Positions 1-8,973 are shown, counted from the first letter of the stretch. The stretch: DNA of 64,000 nucleotides from Moorellales bacterium (GCA_049719955.1 JBNARC010000002.1:77626-141625), one strand, 5' to 3'. The notes: a model not told the origin generated them from the sequence alone. Made by a program: numbers and translations.

Positions 1-947
1 TTCAGCCGGGTCATGGAGCGCAGGGCGTCAATCTCCATTATCCGGGAGCGAGAGGCGAAGCGCTCTCGGTCCGGCCGGGTGGGCCCGCAACCGGTAAGGT
101 TCAGACAACAGGGAGCCAGCACTACCGGGATCCCCCGTTCCAGCGGGGCCCGCAGCCGATCCATCCCTGCCGCCCGGTTACCTTTCAGCACTTCCTCTAT
201 AAGCCCGGCGGGCACGATGTCGATCAAGGCATCGAAAAAGCCTTGCCCTATCAACTGATCCATGGCCCGGTCGCTAATGCCCTGGGCGTGGAAGGAGCAA
301 ACCTCGTAGCCTCTTTCCTTTAAGAGCCTTTCCACCTCCCGGGCGCAGCGGGTGCAAAAGCCCATCTCGGTAATAGCTGCCGAAGGAAAGGGCAGCCGCA
401 GGTCGGTTCGCTCCCGGCTTTCCTCCACCATACCGGAAACCATCCCGGCTACCTGATCCAGGAGGTAGAGGAGCATGGGGTTGCTTCCCGCGGCCTCGAA
501 GAGCATCTGCATGACCACCAGGTCGGCGGCGCCAAACCATTCCTTAATATAGGTGGGCATGGCCGCCGGGACGGCGATGATCTTGGGTATGCCGAAGGGC
601 AGGCTGTGCATTACCCGGGCGCCCAGGAGGGCCAGGGTGGTGCCGCCGTAGGCCACCACGGCGTCCAGACTCCCCTGTCGCACCAGTTCCTGAGCCTTTA
701 TAATGGCCCCTCGGGTCATGGCCTCGGTGACCCGGAAACGCTCGGCCGAAGCCCGCAAGGCGGCTATGTCCTCCCCCGCCGCCCGGGCTATCTCCTCCGC
801 CGGCACCTCCGCGGGGTAGCAGGAGGCCTCTTTCATACTCACGTCCATCAGGATAACCCGGTGCCCCCGAGCGCGGATTCCCTCCCGCAGGTAATCAAGC
901 TGCTCGCCCTTGGTGTCTAAGGTGCCGATAAGCACCACGGCCTTCAT
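1..947 (-). CDS. UPF0261 (Tm-1-like, predicted nucleotide-binding) family protein; 3' end runs off the window
   Basis: Not in the ORF track because no stop lies inside the window. ATG at 947-945 is preceded by GGGGGGAGAGAA. Translation MKAVVLIGTLDTKGEQLDYLREGIRARGHRVILMDVS... stays open to position 1. GTLDTKG N-terminus is typical of UPF0261. Confidence 0.7.
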   Translation of the reverse strand, partial: MKAVVLIGTLDTKGEQLDYLREGIRARGHRVILMDVSMKEASCYPAEVPAEEIARAAGEDIAALRASAERFRVTEAMTRGAIIKAQELVRQGSLDAVVAYGGTTLALLGARVMHSLPFGIPKIIAVPAAMPTYIKEWFGAADLVVMQMLFEAAGSNPMLLYLLDQVAGMVSGMVEESRERTDLRLPFPSAAITEMGFCTRCAREVERLLKERGYEVCSFHAQGISDRAMDQLIGQGFFDALIDIVPAGLIEEVLKGNRAAGMDRLRAPLERGIPVVLAPCCLNLTGCGPTRPDRERFASRSRIMEIDALRSMTRL

Positions 948-1000
948 TTCTCTCCCCCCTGACGTGACCGCTTTTCGTCCCCAACCTTTCTACCGCGCTC

Positions 1001-2422
1001 TCAGCCCCTGATCGGACCGGCGGCCAACATGCGGTCCACCTCTTTGGCGGTGAGGCTATAACGCAGCAGAAACTCCTCCTCCGATACTTCCGGCCCCAAC
1101 CCCAGCTCCGCCCGCAACTCCTGCACCGTGGGCTGGGGGAAGGAGCGTCCCAGGATCTCCTTGGCCAGGGGTTGGGTAGCAATGCGGTCCATAACGTTAG
1201 GATCTATGGGCGCGGGCGAGGGACCGAACCACCCCGCGGCGTACTGCACCAAGTCGGTGGGTATTACCTTGTAGCGCTCGCCGTAGATCACGTTCATGGT
1301 GGCCTGAGTACCTACGAACTGAGAGTAGGGCGTGGCCATCACCGGGTACCCCAACTCCTCCCGGACGCGTACCACCTCCTCCAGCACTGCGGGCAGGCGG
1401 TCCAGCATTTTCATCTCCGAAAGCTGTCGCCTTAAGGTGCTCATCATTCCCCCGGGAACCTGGTGCACGTAGTAGTAGGCGTCGTGCTCCGCCGGCTGGC
1501 CTGCCGGTCGGTTGTCCCGCCGGGCCACGGCCCAGAAGTGCTCGGACATGACCTTTAGCCCCTCGCGGTCCAGTTCCCCCCAAAATCTCTCCCGTCCCGC
1601 CAGCCAGGGAGGCAGGGCCCTTACAATGTCCCCGCCCAGAATCGCCCCCTGGCCCAAGTAGGGCAGGTTATCCAGCAGGTTCTCCGCCGAGGGGAGAGAA
1701 GTACCGTAGGCGAGAGGAGGAACCGTGGTGTGTACCACTTCCGCCCCGCAGCGAATACCTTCCAGGTAGCACACGGTAGCCATGCCGGTATTGCAGTGGA
1801 AGTGCAGCTCCAAGGGTTTGGCTCCCAGCGCTTCCTTTAAGGCCGGAACCAGGGTGCGGACCCGCTCCGGAATGAGGAGCCCTCCCTGATCCTCCAGGCA
1901 CAGGGCGTCCACATCCGGGCTTTGGGCGAGCTCTAACGCCCGGTCGGCGTAATAACGGTCGGTATGCACGGGGCTAATGGTGTAGCAGAAAACCGGTACT
2001 ATCTCCTCAACGCCCGCCGCCCGGGCCAGGCGGGCCACCTTGAGGATATGCGGCACTTCGTGGGCGGCGTCCAGAATCCACACCCGTCTGATGCCGTTGG
2101 CCACCACCCGCTTCAGCACCAACTCGATGATCGAATAGGGCACCCGCTTAAACCCAATGAAACGCCGGCCGGTGGTGCCAAAGCTCAGGGGCGTACGCCT
2201 CACCCGGTCGGCTACCAGACGCATCCTTTCCCAGGGGTTTTCTTTGTGGTAGCGAACCGCCACCCCCATGTGGATGCTGGCGGTGAGGTCTATGGCCTTA
2301 AAGCCCACCGTATCCATGATGGGGGCTACCTCCAGGATCGCGGCCGTGTTTAGCCCGGTAGCGCCCCAAAGGCTCTGGTCGCCGTCCCGAACGGTGGTAT
2401 CCACAAACTTTACCTCTGCCAA
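1001..2422 (-). CDS. Carboxyltransferase of the pyruvate carboxylase B / transcarboxylase 5S / oxaloacetate decarboxylase alpha type, without fused biotinyl domain
   Basis: 473 aa. VKFVDTTVRDGDQSLW and LHFHCNTG match the RDxxQS and HxH metal-site motifs. VPGGMMSTL matches the conserved PGGM region of the family. Ends without a biotin carrier. Confidence 0.8.
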   Translation of the reverse strand: MAEVKFVDTTVRDGDQSLWGATGLNTAAILEVAPIMDTVGFKAIDLTASIHMGVAVRYHKENPWERMRLVADRVRRTPLSFGTTGRRFIGFKRVPYSIIELVLKRVVANGIRRVWILDAAHEVPHILKVARLARAAGVEEIVPVFCYTISPVHTDRYYADRALELAQSPDVDALCLEDQGGLLIPERVRTLVPALKEALGAKPLELHFHCNTGMATVCYLEGIRCGAEVVHTTVPPLAYGTSLPSAENLLDNLPYLGQGAILGGDIVRALPPWLAGRERFWGELDREGLKVMSEHFWAVARRDNRPAGQPAEHDAYYYVHQVPGGMMSTLRRQLSEMKMLDRLPAVLEEVVRVREELGYPVMATPYSQFVGTQATMNVIYGERYKVIPTDLVQYAAGWFGPSPAPIDPNVMDRIATQPLAKEILGRSFPQPTVQELRAELGLGPEVSEEEFLLRYSLTAKEVDRMLAAGPIRG

Positions 2423-2514
2423 CTTCGGGCCTCCTCAAGCCAGTTTTGCGCGGGGCCCGGCCGGGCGGCACGGCTGCGGCCGGCGCGGACGCCGCCGCCC
2501 CATATAGGGCCGGA

Positions 2515-4200
2515 TTAGCGATCCAGGATGTATACCACGCCCCGGTCCCCGTCCACCCGGATCCTTTGCCCGGTCTTGATCTTGCTGGTGGCCTCCACGC
2601 ATCCGGCCACGCAGGGCAAACCGTATTCCCGGGCCATTATTATCGGGTGGGATAAGGCTCCGCCCCCATCCGTGACCAAACCCCGTATGAGGTTGAAGGC
2701 CACCATCCAGGCGGTAGAGGTTCCCGGCGCCACCAGAATTTCGCCCGGCTTTAGATCCACCAGCCGGTCGGCGGTCATGATTACCCGGGCTACCCCCTCC
2801 ACGCAGCCCGGCGCCGCGGCCGCGCCGTACAGGTCGGCCTTCAACTCCTCCCGGACGATGGGGTGCTGGGCCGATACCAGCAGGGTGGGGTCGGAGCGTA
2901 TGACTACTTCAGCCTGCGAGATATCACCCACGAAGGGGGCGGGCTCCACTTCCAGATTGGCCAGGTACTCCTTTTTCCGGCGCTCGGCGTAGGGACGCAA
3001 GTTTATCCGGCCCATAGGTATGGCCGCCTTGCGGATCTCGTTGGGGTGCAGGAAATGGATGTCCTCGGGATCGTCGATGCAACCGGCCTCGGCGAAACGC
3101 CGGCCGAACTCGGTAACTATCCACCGGCCTAGGGCACCGATGTACAGGTCGCAGTAGTAGCAGTGGTCTTCGCTCCAGAACCCGGCCATGCGCGCCGCCC
3201 GCATCAGTACCCGGAAGGCTTCCCGCTGGGGTCCGGGTACTTCGCCCAACACCTCCGCCTCGGTGGTTTCCCTTTCCTTAACGATGCGCTCCCGCTCTGC
3301 ATCCAGGGCAAAGGTTTCTTGCGGGAGCAGGAGTTTTATCTCTGCCAGGGCCAGGCTTTGGTCTTCGATCCAGGCCGGGGTGTCGTAGGCGTGCATCCGC
3401 TGGCAGCGCCAGCCGTCCCGCACCAGGAACTGCCGGTACTCCTCTAACCAGCGTTGGGCTACCTCGGAGCTTTCCAGCTCCTTAAGGGTCTCCTTAGGAT
3501 CGTCGGCAAAAGCGGCCTCCAGTCCCATCTCCACCGCCCGGCGGGCCAAGCGCCACAACTCCCTGGCCACCCGGGCCGCCTGGTGCTCCAGTTCTCCGCC
3601 GGCGGTGCAACGGGCAAACCGGGGGTCGATGGTAGGCTCTACCCTCAGCAGTTCCCGCCACTGCTGTTGGAACAATCCGTTCAGGTAGTAGGCGGCCATG
3701 AGCATAAGGAAGTGGATTTCCGCTTCCTTGCGGTTGATGATGTAGGCAAAGTCCAGAAAGAAGTCCAAGAGTTCGTGGTTGGAAAGCCGGCGGATGTCCG
3801 ACCACTCCACCAATCCCCGCTTCCTCTTGGCCTCCTCGTAGGTGCGCATCAGTTCGGTCTTGTAGCCCGTCCAGACCCGGTTGAAATCCTCGATGAAAGG
3901 CCGGATCTTTTCCCGGAATACCGGCTCTCGCGCCCGCCGCTCCTCCTCCGTGGTCCTAATGGCGGTAATGTAGGGGTAACCGTTGATGAAGCGGGAATCC
4001 CAACCGTGAGTGGTGGGCAGGCACAAGGTTTCCGCCCCGTAGCGCACGCCGTGGTAGTACCAGTACCACCCCAGCCCCATGTAAAGGGGCTTCATGGGCG
4101 GTTTCCCGTGGGTGAAATCGCAGAGTAACACCCCGTAGGCTTTGGGATCGTTCTCGGGATCGTACTCGTAAAAACTCAGGTCATAGGCCGGTGCGAGCAT
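2515..4200 (-). CDS. PEP-utilising enzyme, phosphohistidine (swivel) subunit; phenylphosphate synthase PpsA-like
   Basis: Frame of track ORF 2515..4353. Start moved to ATG 4200 (SD AAGGAGAGGAGTGAGGAAGG, 20 nt after the upstream stop). C-terminus GGALSHPIIMAREYGLPCV is the mobile-domain phospho-His motif. No PEP/pyruvate-binding barrel. Confidence 0.7.
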   Translation of the reverse strand: MLAPAYDLSFYEYDPENDPKAYGVLLCDFTHGKPPMKPLYMGLGWYWYYHGVRYGAETLCLPTTHGWDSRFINGYPYITAIRTTEEERRAREPVFREKIRPFIEDFNRVWTGYKTELMRTYEEAKRKRGLVEWSDIRRLSNHELLDFFLDFAYIINRKEAEIHFLMLMAAYYLNGLFQQQWRELLRVEPTIDPRFARCTAGGELEHQAARVARELWRLARRAVEMGLEAAFADDPKETLKELESSEVAQRWLEEYRQFLVRDGWRCQRMHAYDTPAWIEDQSLALAEIKLLLPQETFALDAERERIVKERETTEAEVLGEVPGPQREAFRVLMRAARMAGFWSEDHCYYCDLYIGALGRWIVTEFGRRFAEAGCIDDPEDIHFLHPNEIRKAAIPMGRINLRPYAERRKKEYLANLEVEPAPFVGDISQAEVVIRSDPTLLVSAQHPIVREELKADLYGAAAAPGCVEGVARVIMTADRLVDLKPGEILVAPGTSTAWMVAFNLIRGLVTDGGGALSHPIIMAREYGLPCVAGCVEATSKIKTGQRIRVDGDRGVVYILDR

Positions 4201-4220
4201 GCCTTCCTCACTCCTCTCCT

Positions 4221-5258
4221 TCAGGCGTAAAACCACTTGACCAGCATTTCCGCCACCTGGTCTACCGCCGGCTTGCGCTCGGCGATCACCGCCGGCCGGG
4301 TTTGCAGCAGCACCACGTTTTCCGGAAAAGGACTCTCGGCGTCCACCGCCCACTCCACATCCTGCGGGACCTGGAAGTGCTCCTCTACCTTCTTGCCCAG
4401 CCGAGCGATTTCTTGTGCTTCCGCCTCGTTCAGGCAGAAGCTCGTCTGCCGCTCGGCGTTGACCTCCTGGTGGGCTACCCCCCGGTCCAGGGTAGTTACC
4501 CAGTGAAGTTTCCGGCCCAGTTTGCGGCCTACAACCCGCAGGCTCTTCTTGTCCAGGTAGAATACGTCCGGCGTGACCTCTCCGCTCACCACGCTTTCAC
4601 CCAGTCCCCAGTTGGCCTCGATCACCATGGTTTCGGGGTCACCGCTATTAGGGTCGGCCGTGAACAGCACCCCCGCGGCCCGGGCATTGACCATCTTCAA
4701 CACCGTCACCCCAATGGGGTCCCGTTCCAGAGGCAGACCGTGCCGGAGCCGGAAGGCCAGGGAGCGGGCATTGAAGGTACTGGCCCATACCCGGCGGATC
4801 TTCTCCAGTACCTCTTGAGGCCCTACCACGTTAAGGTAGGTTTCGTACTGACCCGGTCGACTCACCGGGCCGGCCGAACGGGTGGACACGGCCAGGCTCT
4901 GCCGGCCGCAGCGGCGGCAGAGTTCCCCGTAGGCCCCGGCTATGGTTTCCTCCAGTTCGGCCGGGAAAGGCTCGGATTCCACTATCTCCCGCAGCCGGGC
5001 GCTGAGCCGATCCAACTTATCGATGTCCTCCAGATCCACTCCCTCCTGCTCTATGACCTCCCGGATGCGGCCGCCGGCGCGGGTGCCCTCCAGGAAGTCC
5101 TCGTAGGCTCGGACCGACACCGCAAAGCCGGGTGGCACCCTAAGGCCCAGACGCAGGGCTTCTCCCAAATTGGCCGACTTCTTGCCCACCAGCGGGGTAT
5201 CTTCCTTACCCAAATCCTCCAGCCAGTAAACATATTGGGTGGCGCTTGGTTGGGCCAT
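4221..5258 (-). CDS. PEP synthase / PPDK N-terminal ATP-grasp subunit only; phenylphosphate synthase PpsB-like
   Basis: 345 aa. PLVGKKSANLGEAL and the overall pattern match the nucleotide-binding N-domain of PEP synthase. No His domain. Confidence 0.75.
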   Translation of the reverse strand: MAQPSATQYVYWLEDLGKEDTPLVGKKSANLGEALRLGLRVPPGFAVSVRAYEDFLEGTRAGGRIREVIEQEGVDLEDIDKLDRLSARLREIVESEPFPAELEETIAGAYGELCRRCGRQSLAVSTRSAGPVSRPGQYETYLNVVGPQEVLEKIRRVWASTFNARSLAFRLRHGLPLERDPIGVTVLKMVNARAAGVLFTADPNSGDPETMVIEANWGLGESVVSGEVTPDVFYLDKKSLRVVGRKLGRKLHWVTTLDRGVAHQEVNAERQTSFCLNEAEAQEIARLGKKVEEHFQVPQDVEWAVDAESPFPENVVLLQTRPAVIAERKPAVDQVAEMLVKWFYA

Positions 5259-5303
5259 AAAGCCTCACTCCTTTCTCCCTCTAAGCCACCCGCCCGGAAG
5301 GAC

Positions 5304-6017
5304 TTATTCCTCGGCTTTCGGTTCCGCCGCTCCCTCCGGCCCCTCTATCAAGGCCGTAGCATCGGTGACCCAGCCGAAAAAGGTCTTGACGTTGTAAAGC
5401 GTGGCCTCCTGTACCCCTTCCGGCCCCACGGCCGCCACCGCATCACCTACCAGAAGGGGGCGGTAGCCCAGATGATAGGCCCGTCTGAGGGTAGACTCTA
5501 CGCAGACATTGCTTGCTATTCCGACAAATATGAGCCACTTAACCGCCGCCGCCCTCAACACCGAATCCAGATTGGTCCCCTCAAAGCCGTCGTAGTAGGA
5601 CTTCCGGATTACCAGATCGCCCGCCTGAGGGGCTAACTCCTCCAGGATTTCCGCTCCCCAGGAGCCCTCCAGAGGCAGGAAAGGTCTCATTTCCGGGTGC
5701 TCCCGCAGTAACCGCAACGTCCCGGACTTTTGCCCCACCACCGAGTCCGGGCCCGAGAGGATGTCCACCTCGGGTCCGGGCGCCATCCGGAGATATACCA
5801 CCAAACGAACCCGCGAGCGTAAGCATGCGATTACCCGCCGACAATTGACCACCACCGGCCGCAGATCCACTTCCCGGGCCCTCCCCAGACGGAGAAAGTA
5901 GCCTTCGGGGTGCAGGAAGGCATTCTGCAGGTCTACGGCCACAAGTGCCGTCCGTGACCACTCCAGGGTGACCGGCTCCGGCTCAGCGGCTATCCGGGTC
6001 CAGACCGAACGGGGCAA
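5304..6017 (-). CDS. Isochorismatase-family cysteine hydrolase
   Basis: 237 aa. ALVAVDLQNAF and GIASNVCVESTLR (catalytic Cys) motifs. Confidence 0.8.
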   Translation of the reverse strand: MPRSVWTRIAAEPEPVTLEWSRTALVAVDLQNAFLHPEGYFLRLGRAREVDLRPVVVNCRRVIACLRSRVRLVVYLRMAPGPEVDILSGPDSVVGQKSGTLRLLREHPEMRPFLPLEGSWGAEILEELAPQAGDLVIRKSYYDGFEGTNLDSVLRAAAVKWLIFVGIASNVCVESTLRRAYHLGYRPLLVGDAVAAVGPEGVQEATLYNVKTFFGWVTDATALIEGPEGAAEPKAEE

Positions 6018-6030
6018 CGCCGCTACCTCC

Positions 6031-7362
6031 TCACATCTGCGCCACCAGGCCGGTATGGTAACGGCCGTGGCGGAACTCCGGCTGCTTCAACAGCCGGCGG
6101 TGAAACTCCAGGCTGGTGGCGATACCGTCAATCACCGTTTCCGCCAGGGCCTGCTCCAGCCTCTCCAGGGCCTCCGTTCGGTCCCGGCCCCAGGCGATCA
6201 GCTTAGCGATCAAAGGATCGTAATAAGGGGGTACCTTAACCCCTTCTTCTAGGGCGTGGTCCACCCTTATGCCCTCACCGGCGGGCAGGCGCAGCCGGCT
6301 CACCGTGCCCGGAGAAGGCATAAAAGTGTTGGGGTCTTCGGCGTAGATCCTGGCCTCTACCGCATGCCCCTTTTGCGGCACTTCCTCTTGGGCAAAGGGA
6401 AGGCTGCCGGTACCGGCCACCAGAAGCTGCGCCTGCACCAGATCCCTGCCAGTCACCATCTCCGTGACCGGGTGCTCCACCTGAATGCGCTTGTTGACTT
6501 CCAGGAAGTAGAACTGGCCCTGCGCATCCCGCAAAAATTCCACCGTACCGGCGTTTACGTACCCCAGGTGGGCGGCCAGGCGGACGGCCATGGCCGTCAC
6601 TCGTCGGCGGTCTTCTTCCGGGAGATCCGGAGCCGGGGATTCCTCTACCAGCTTCTGAAACCGCCGCTGCACCGAGCACTCCCGCTCCCAAAGGTGGACC
6701 ACCTTACGGCCGGGGGCGGCCAGGATCTGCACCTCGATGTGCCTGGGATTTTCCAGTAACTTCTCGATGTATACCCCCGAACCGCCGAAGTAGGCCTCGC
6801 TTTCCCGGCAGGCGGCCTCAAACACCGCCTCCAGTTGCGACCGGTCGTCCACCCGGTAGATGCCCTTGCCCCCACCTCCTCGATCGATCTTGAGCGCCAC
6901 CGGCGGTCCCAACCGCTCGAACCATTCCTCTACCTCCCGCAGGTCGTGCAGGCTCTCCAGCGATCCCGGAACCACCGGCACTCCGGCTTCCCTCGCCAGT
7001 TGCCGCGAACGGCACTTGGATTCCAGGACTTCCATCACGTCAGCCGGCGGCCCTATCCAGACCGCGCCCGCCTCCTCTACCGCCCGAGCAAACCGGGCAT
7101 TTTCGGCCAGGAAGCCGTAGCCCGGGTGAACGGCATCCGCTCCCGACGCCTTCAGCACCTCTACGATCTTGGGTATGTTTAGGTAACTATCCAGCGGCCG
7201 GGACCGCCCCAGAGGATAGGCCTCGTCGGCCTCCCGAACGTGCAGGGCCTCCCGATCCGCCTCCGAGTATACCGCTACCGCCTCCAGGCCCAGTTCGTGA
7301 CAGGCCCGTATCACCCGGCGGGCTATCTCACCTCGGTTGGCTACCAGAACTTTGGCGATCAT
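6031..7362 (-). CDS. accC: Biotin carboxylase subunit
   Basis: 443 aa. MIAKVLVANRGEIARRVIRACHELG N-terminus and full ATP-grasp biotin carboxylase pattern. Confidence 0.92.
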   Translation of the reverse strand: MIAKVLVANRGEIARRVIRACHELGLEAVAVYSEADREALHVREADEAYPLGRSRPLDSYLNIPKIVEVLKASGADAVHPGYGFLAENARFARAVEEAGAVWIGPPADVMEVLESKCRSRQLAREAGVPVVPGSLESLHDLREVEEWFERLGPPVALKIDRGGGGKGIYRVDDRSQLEAVFEAACRESEAYFGGSGVYIEKLLENPRHIEVQILAAPGRKVVHLWERECSVQRRFQKLVEESPAPDLPEEDRRRVTAMAVRLAAHLGYVNAGTVEFLRDAQGQFYFLEVNKRIQVEHPVTEMVTGRDLVQAQLLVAGTGSLPFAQEEVPQKGHAVEARIYAEDPNTFMPSPGTVSRLRLPAGEGIRVDHALEEGVKVPPYYDPLIAKLIAWGRDRTEALERLEQALAETVIDGIATSLEFHRRLLKQPEFRHGRYHTGLVAQM

Positions 7363-7441
7363 CCTCGTCTTCTCCCTCCCCGGGGACGCCCCCGTGCCGC
7401 GGACCCGGCCTGGGCACTTACCTGCCGCTCCACCAACGGGG

Positions 7442-7663
7442 CTAACACAGGTCCATAATTACGTCCCCTAGTTCTACCTCGTCGCCCTCCTCAACCCGGA
7501 TGGAGCGAACCACGCCTCCGTTTTCGGCCACCACCGGTATCTCCGTCTTCATGCACTGGACCAGGGCCACAATCTGGCCCGGCTCCACCGGCTGGCCCTC
7601 CCTTACGCTGATCTTGGCGATAAGACCGGCGACCGGAGCGGTTGCTTGCCACATGTCCGCCAT
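7442..7663 (-). CDS. Stand-alone biotin carboxyl carrier (biotinyl domain, 73 aa)
   Basis: C-terminal part of track ORF 7442..8011. Start set at ATG 7663 (AAAGGAGGG SD). The long N-terminal extension overlaps the upstream CoA-transferase. Biotinyl-lysine context VQCMKTEIP. Confidence 0.8.
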   Translation of the reverse strand: MADMWQATAPVAGLIAKISVREGQPVEPGQIVALVQCMKTEIPVVAENGGVVRSIRVEEGDEVELGDVIMDLC

Positions 7664-7690
7664 CCCTCCTTTTACCCTGACGAATGCCCC

Positions 7691-7732
7691 CCGGCAAGGT
7701 GCCAATGTACCTAGGGAAGACCCGGAACCGCC
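7691..7732 (-). repeat. Half-copy of the structured repeat family (GAGTACATTGG arm plus one closing-stem strand)
   Basis: CCGGCAAGGTGCCAATGTACCTAGGGAAGACCCGGAACCGCC aligns with the 3' end of the full copy at 60944-61154. Confidence 0.6.
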
Positions 7733-7761
7733 TGCCCACTCTAAACTGGGAATAACTACCA

Positions 7762-8841
7762 CTACTCTTCCGTCTGAAGGCAAGCGTTCCAGGCCACCTG
7801 ATAGCCCTCCACCCCGGGAGCAATCTCCGCCCTTTCCAGCACCCCCGCCGAGGCGGGCATAGGATGCGCCGCCACCTCCTCCACGTTTAGCACCGGGGTG
7901 AAGCCCACCTCCTCCCCTAGCACTTCGGCCCAATGTTCCGCCGCGGCGGAGGAAAACACTTCGCTTAAGGTACGAATGATCTCCGGCTGCTTTTCCGGCA
8001 AGAACTGCCAATCAATCCATTCTTCCCTGCCCAGACGTAGGCACACCTGGCGCCAGGCATGAACTTCCAGGGCGCATAGAGCCGCCCAGCGACCGCCCGC
8101 CACCGGATAGAGGTTATAACAGGCAAAGGCGCCGCCCAGGTAGCCCGGTACTCCCCCGGCCGCGGGGGCGGAGGCCGGCGGCACCAGGCGGTGCAATTCC
8201 CCTACCAGCCAGGGCAGGGTGGTACCCAAGAGGCTTAACTCCAGGTGGCAGCCCTTACCGGTCTCCTCTCTCCGGCGGAGGGCCAACAGCACCCCGATGA
8301 CCCCCCAGAGGGCGATGCTAAGGTCGGATATCTGCACCCCGGGAATGACCGGACGACCGTTACCGTCACGGTTCAGGTCTAAGACGCCGGCCAGGGCCAG
8401 GCAGTTAAGATCGTGGCCCGGCCGGGTGGCCCAGGTTCCCCGCCCCCCGTAGGCGCTCATGGAGACGTAGATGAGCGCCGGATTATATTCCTTGACCGTC
8501 TGGTAGTCGATCCCCAGCCGGGAGGTAACCTGCGGCCGAAAGGACTCAACCAGGACGTCCGCCCGGCGCACCAACTCCCAAAACCGCTCCCGGTCCGGCT
8601 GGGACTTCAAATCCAGGTTCACGATCTCTTTTCCCCGGTTGATGTTGGTGTAGGTTAGGTTGGCACCGCCGAAGAGGGGAGGGACGGTCTTGGCCCAGTC
8701 ACCCCGCCGGGGATCTTCTACCTTTACCACCTCGGCCCCGTAGGCGGCCAAAATGCCCGTACAGAGGGGACCGGGTAGCAACCGGGACAGATCCACCACT
8801 TTTGTGCCGCGTAAGGTTTGCCGCAGGTACACCTCGGGCAC
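7762..8841 (-). CDS. Family III CoA-transferase (CaiB/BaiF/racemase type)
   Basis: 359 aa. GTKVVDLSRLLPGPLCTGILAAYGAEVVKVEDPRRGDW is the family N-terminal signature. Confidence 0.8.
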   Translation of the reverse strand: MPEVYLRQTLRGTKVVDLSRLLPGPLCTGILAAYGAEVVKVEDPRRGDWAKTVPPLFGGANLTYTNINRGKEIVNLDLKSQPDRERFWELVRRADVLVESFRPQVTSRLGIDYQTVKEYNPALIYVSMSAYGGRGTWATRPGHDLNCLALAGVLDLNRDGNGRPVIPGVQISDLSIALWGVIGVLLALRRREETGKGCHLELSLLGTTLPWLVGELHRLVPPASAPAAGGVPGYLGGAFACYNLYPVAGGRWAALCALEVHAWRQVCLRLGREEWIDWQFLPEKQPEIIRTLSEVFSSAAAEHWAEVLGEEVGFTPVLNVEEVAAHPMPASAGVLERAEIAPGVEGYQVAWNACLQTEE

Positions 8842-8916
8842 CTCCGTAATGGAGCCGGGTTACAAATCCGGCCCCTCACGTTCGACCAGCATAATCCTAT
8901 CAAAGATGGGTTAGCC

Positions 8917-8931
8917 CGGTAAATGTTACCG
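8917..8931. promoter_or_regulatory. Candidate operator: inverted repeat CGGTAA-ATG-TTACCG in the AT-richer gap upstream of the carboxylase operon
   Basis: Perfect 6+6 inverted repeat with a 3-nt spacer, between the regulator stop (8974) and the CoA-transferase start (8841). Confidence 0.25.
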
Positions 8932-8973
8932 AACAATAAGGTTTAGGAAGCTCATTTGGACCCTTTATACATA

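Noticed and set aside
4191-5636. Long antisense ORFs with no recognisable domains. Examples: 4191..5636, 15684..16763, 41789..43216, 48777..49847, 51037..52275, 53559..55106, 55709..57433.
   Set aside because: Each lies opposite a confidently identified gene. They are Arg/Pro/Gly/His-rich with no motifs and no SD sequences. This is typical of stop-poor shadow frames in GC-rich DNA.
7664-8011. N-terminal extensions of track ORFs: 7442..8011, 2515..4353, 28498..29049, 29122..29532, 32449..34029, 59405..60823, 60797..62215, 26324..27394, 47118..47771.
   Set aside because: The extensions overlap upstream genes, a tRNA or repeats, and are Arg/Gly-rich. Internal starts with good SD sequences give canonical N-termini.
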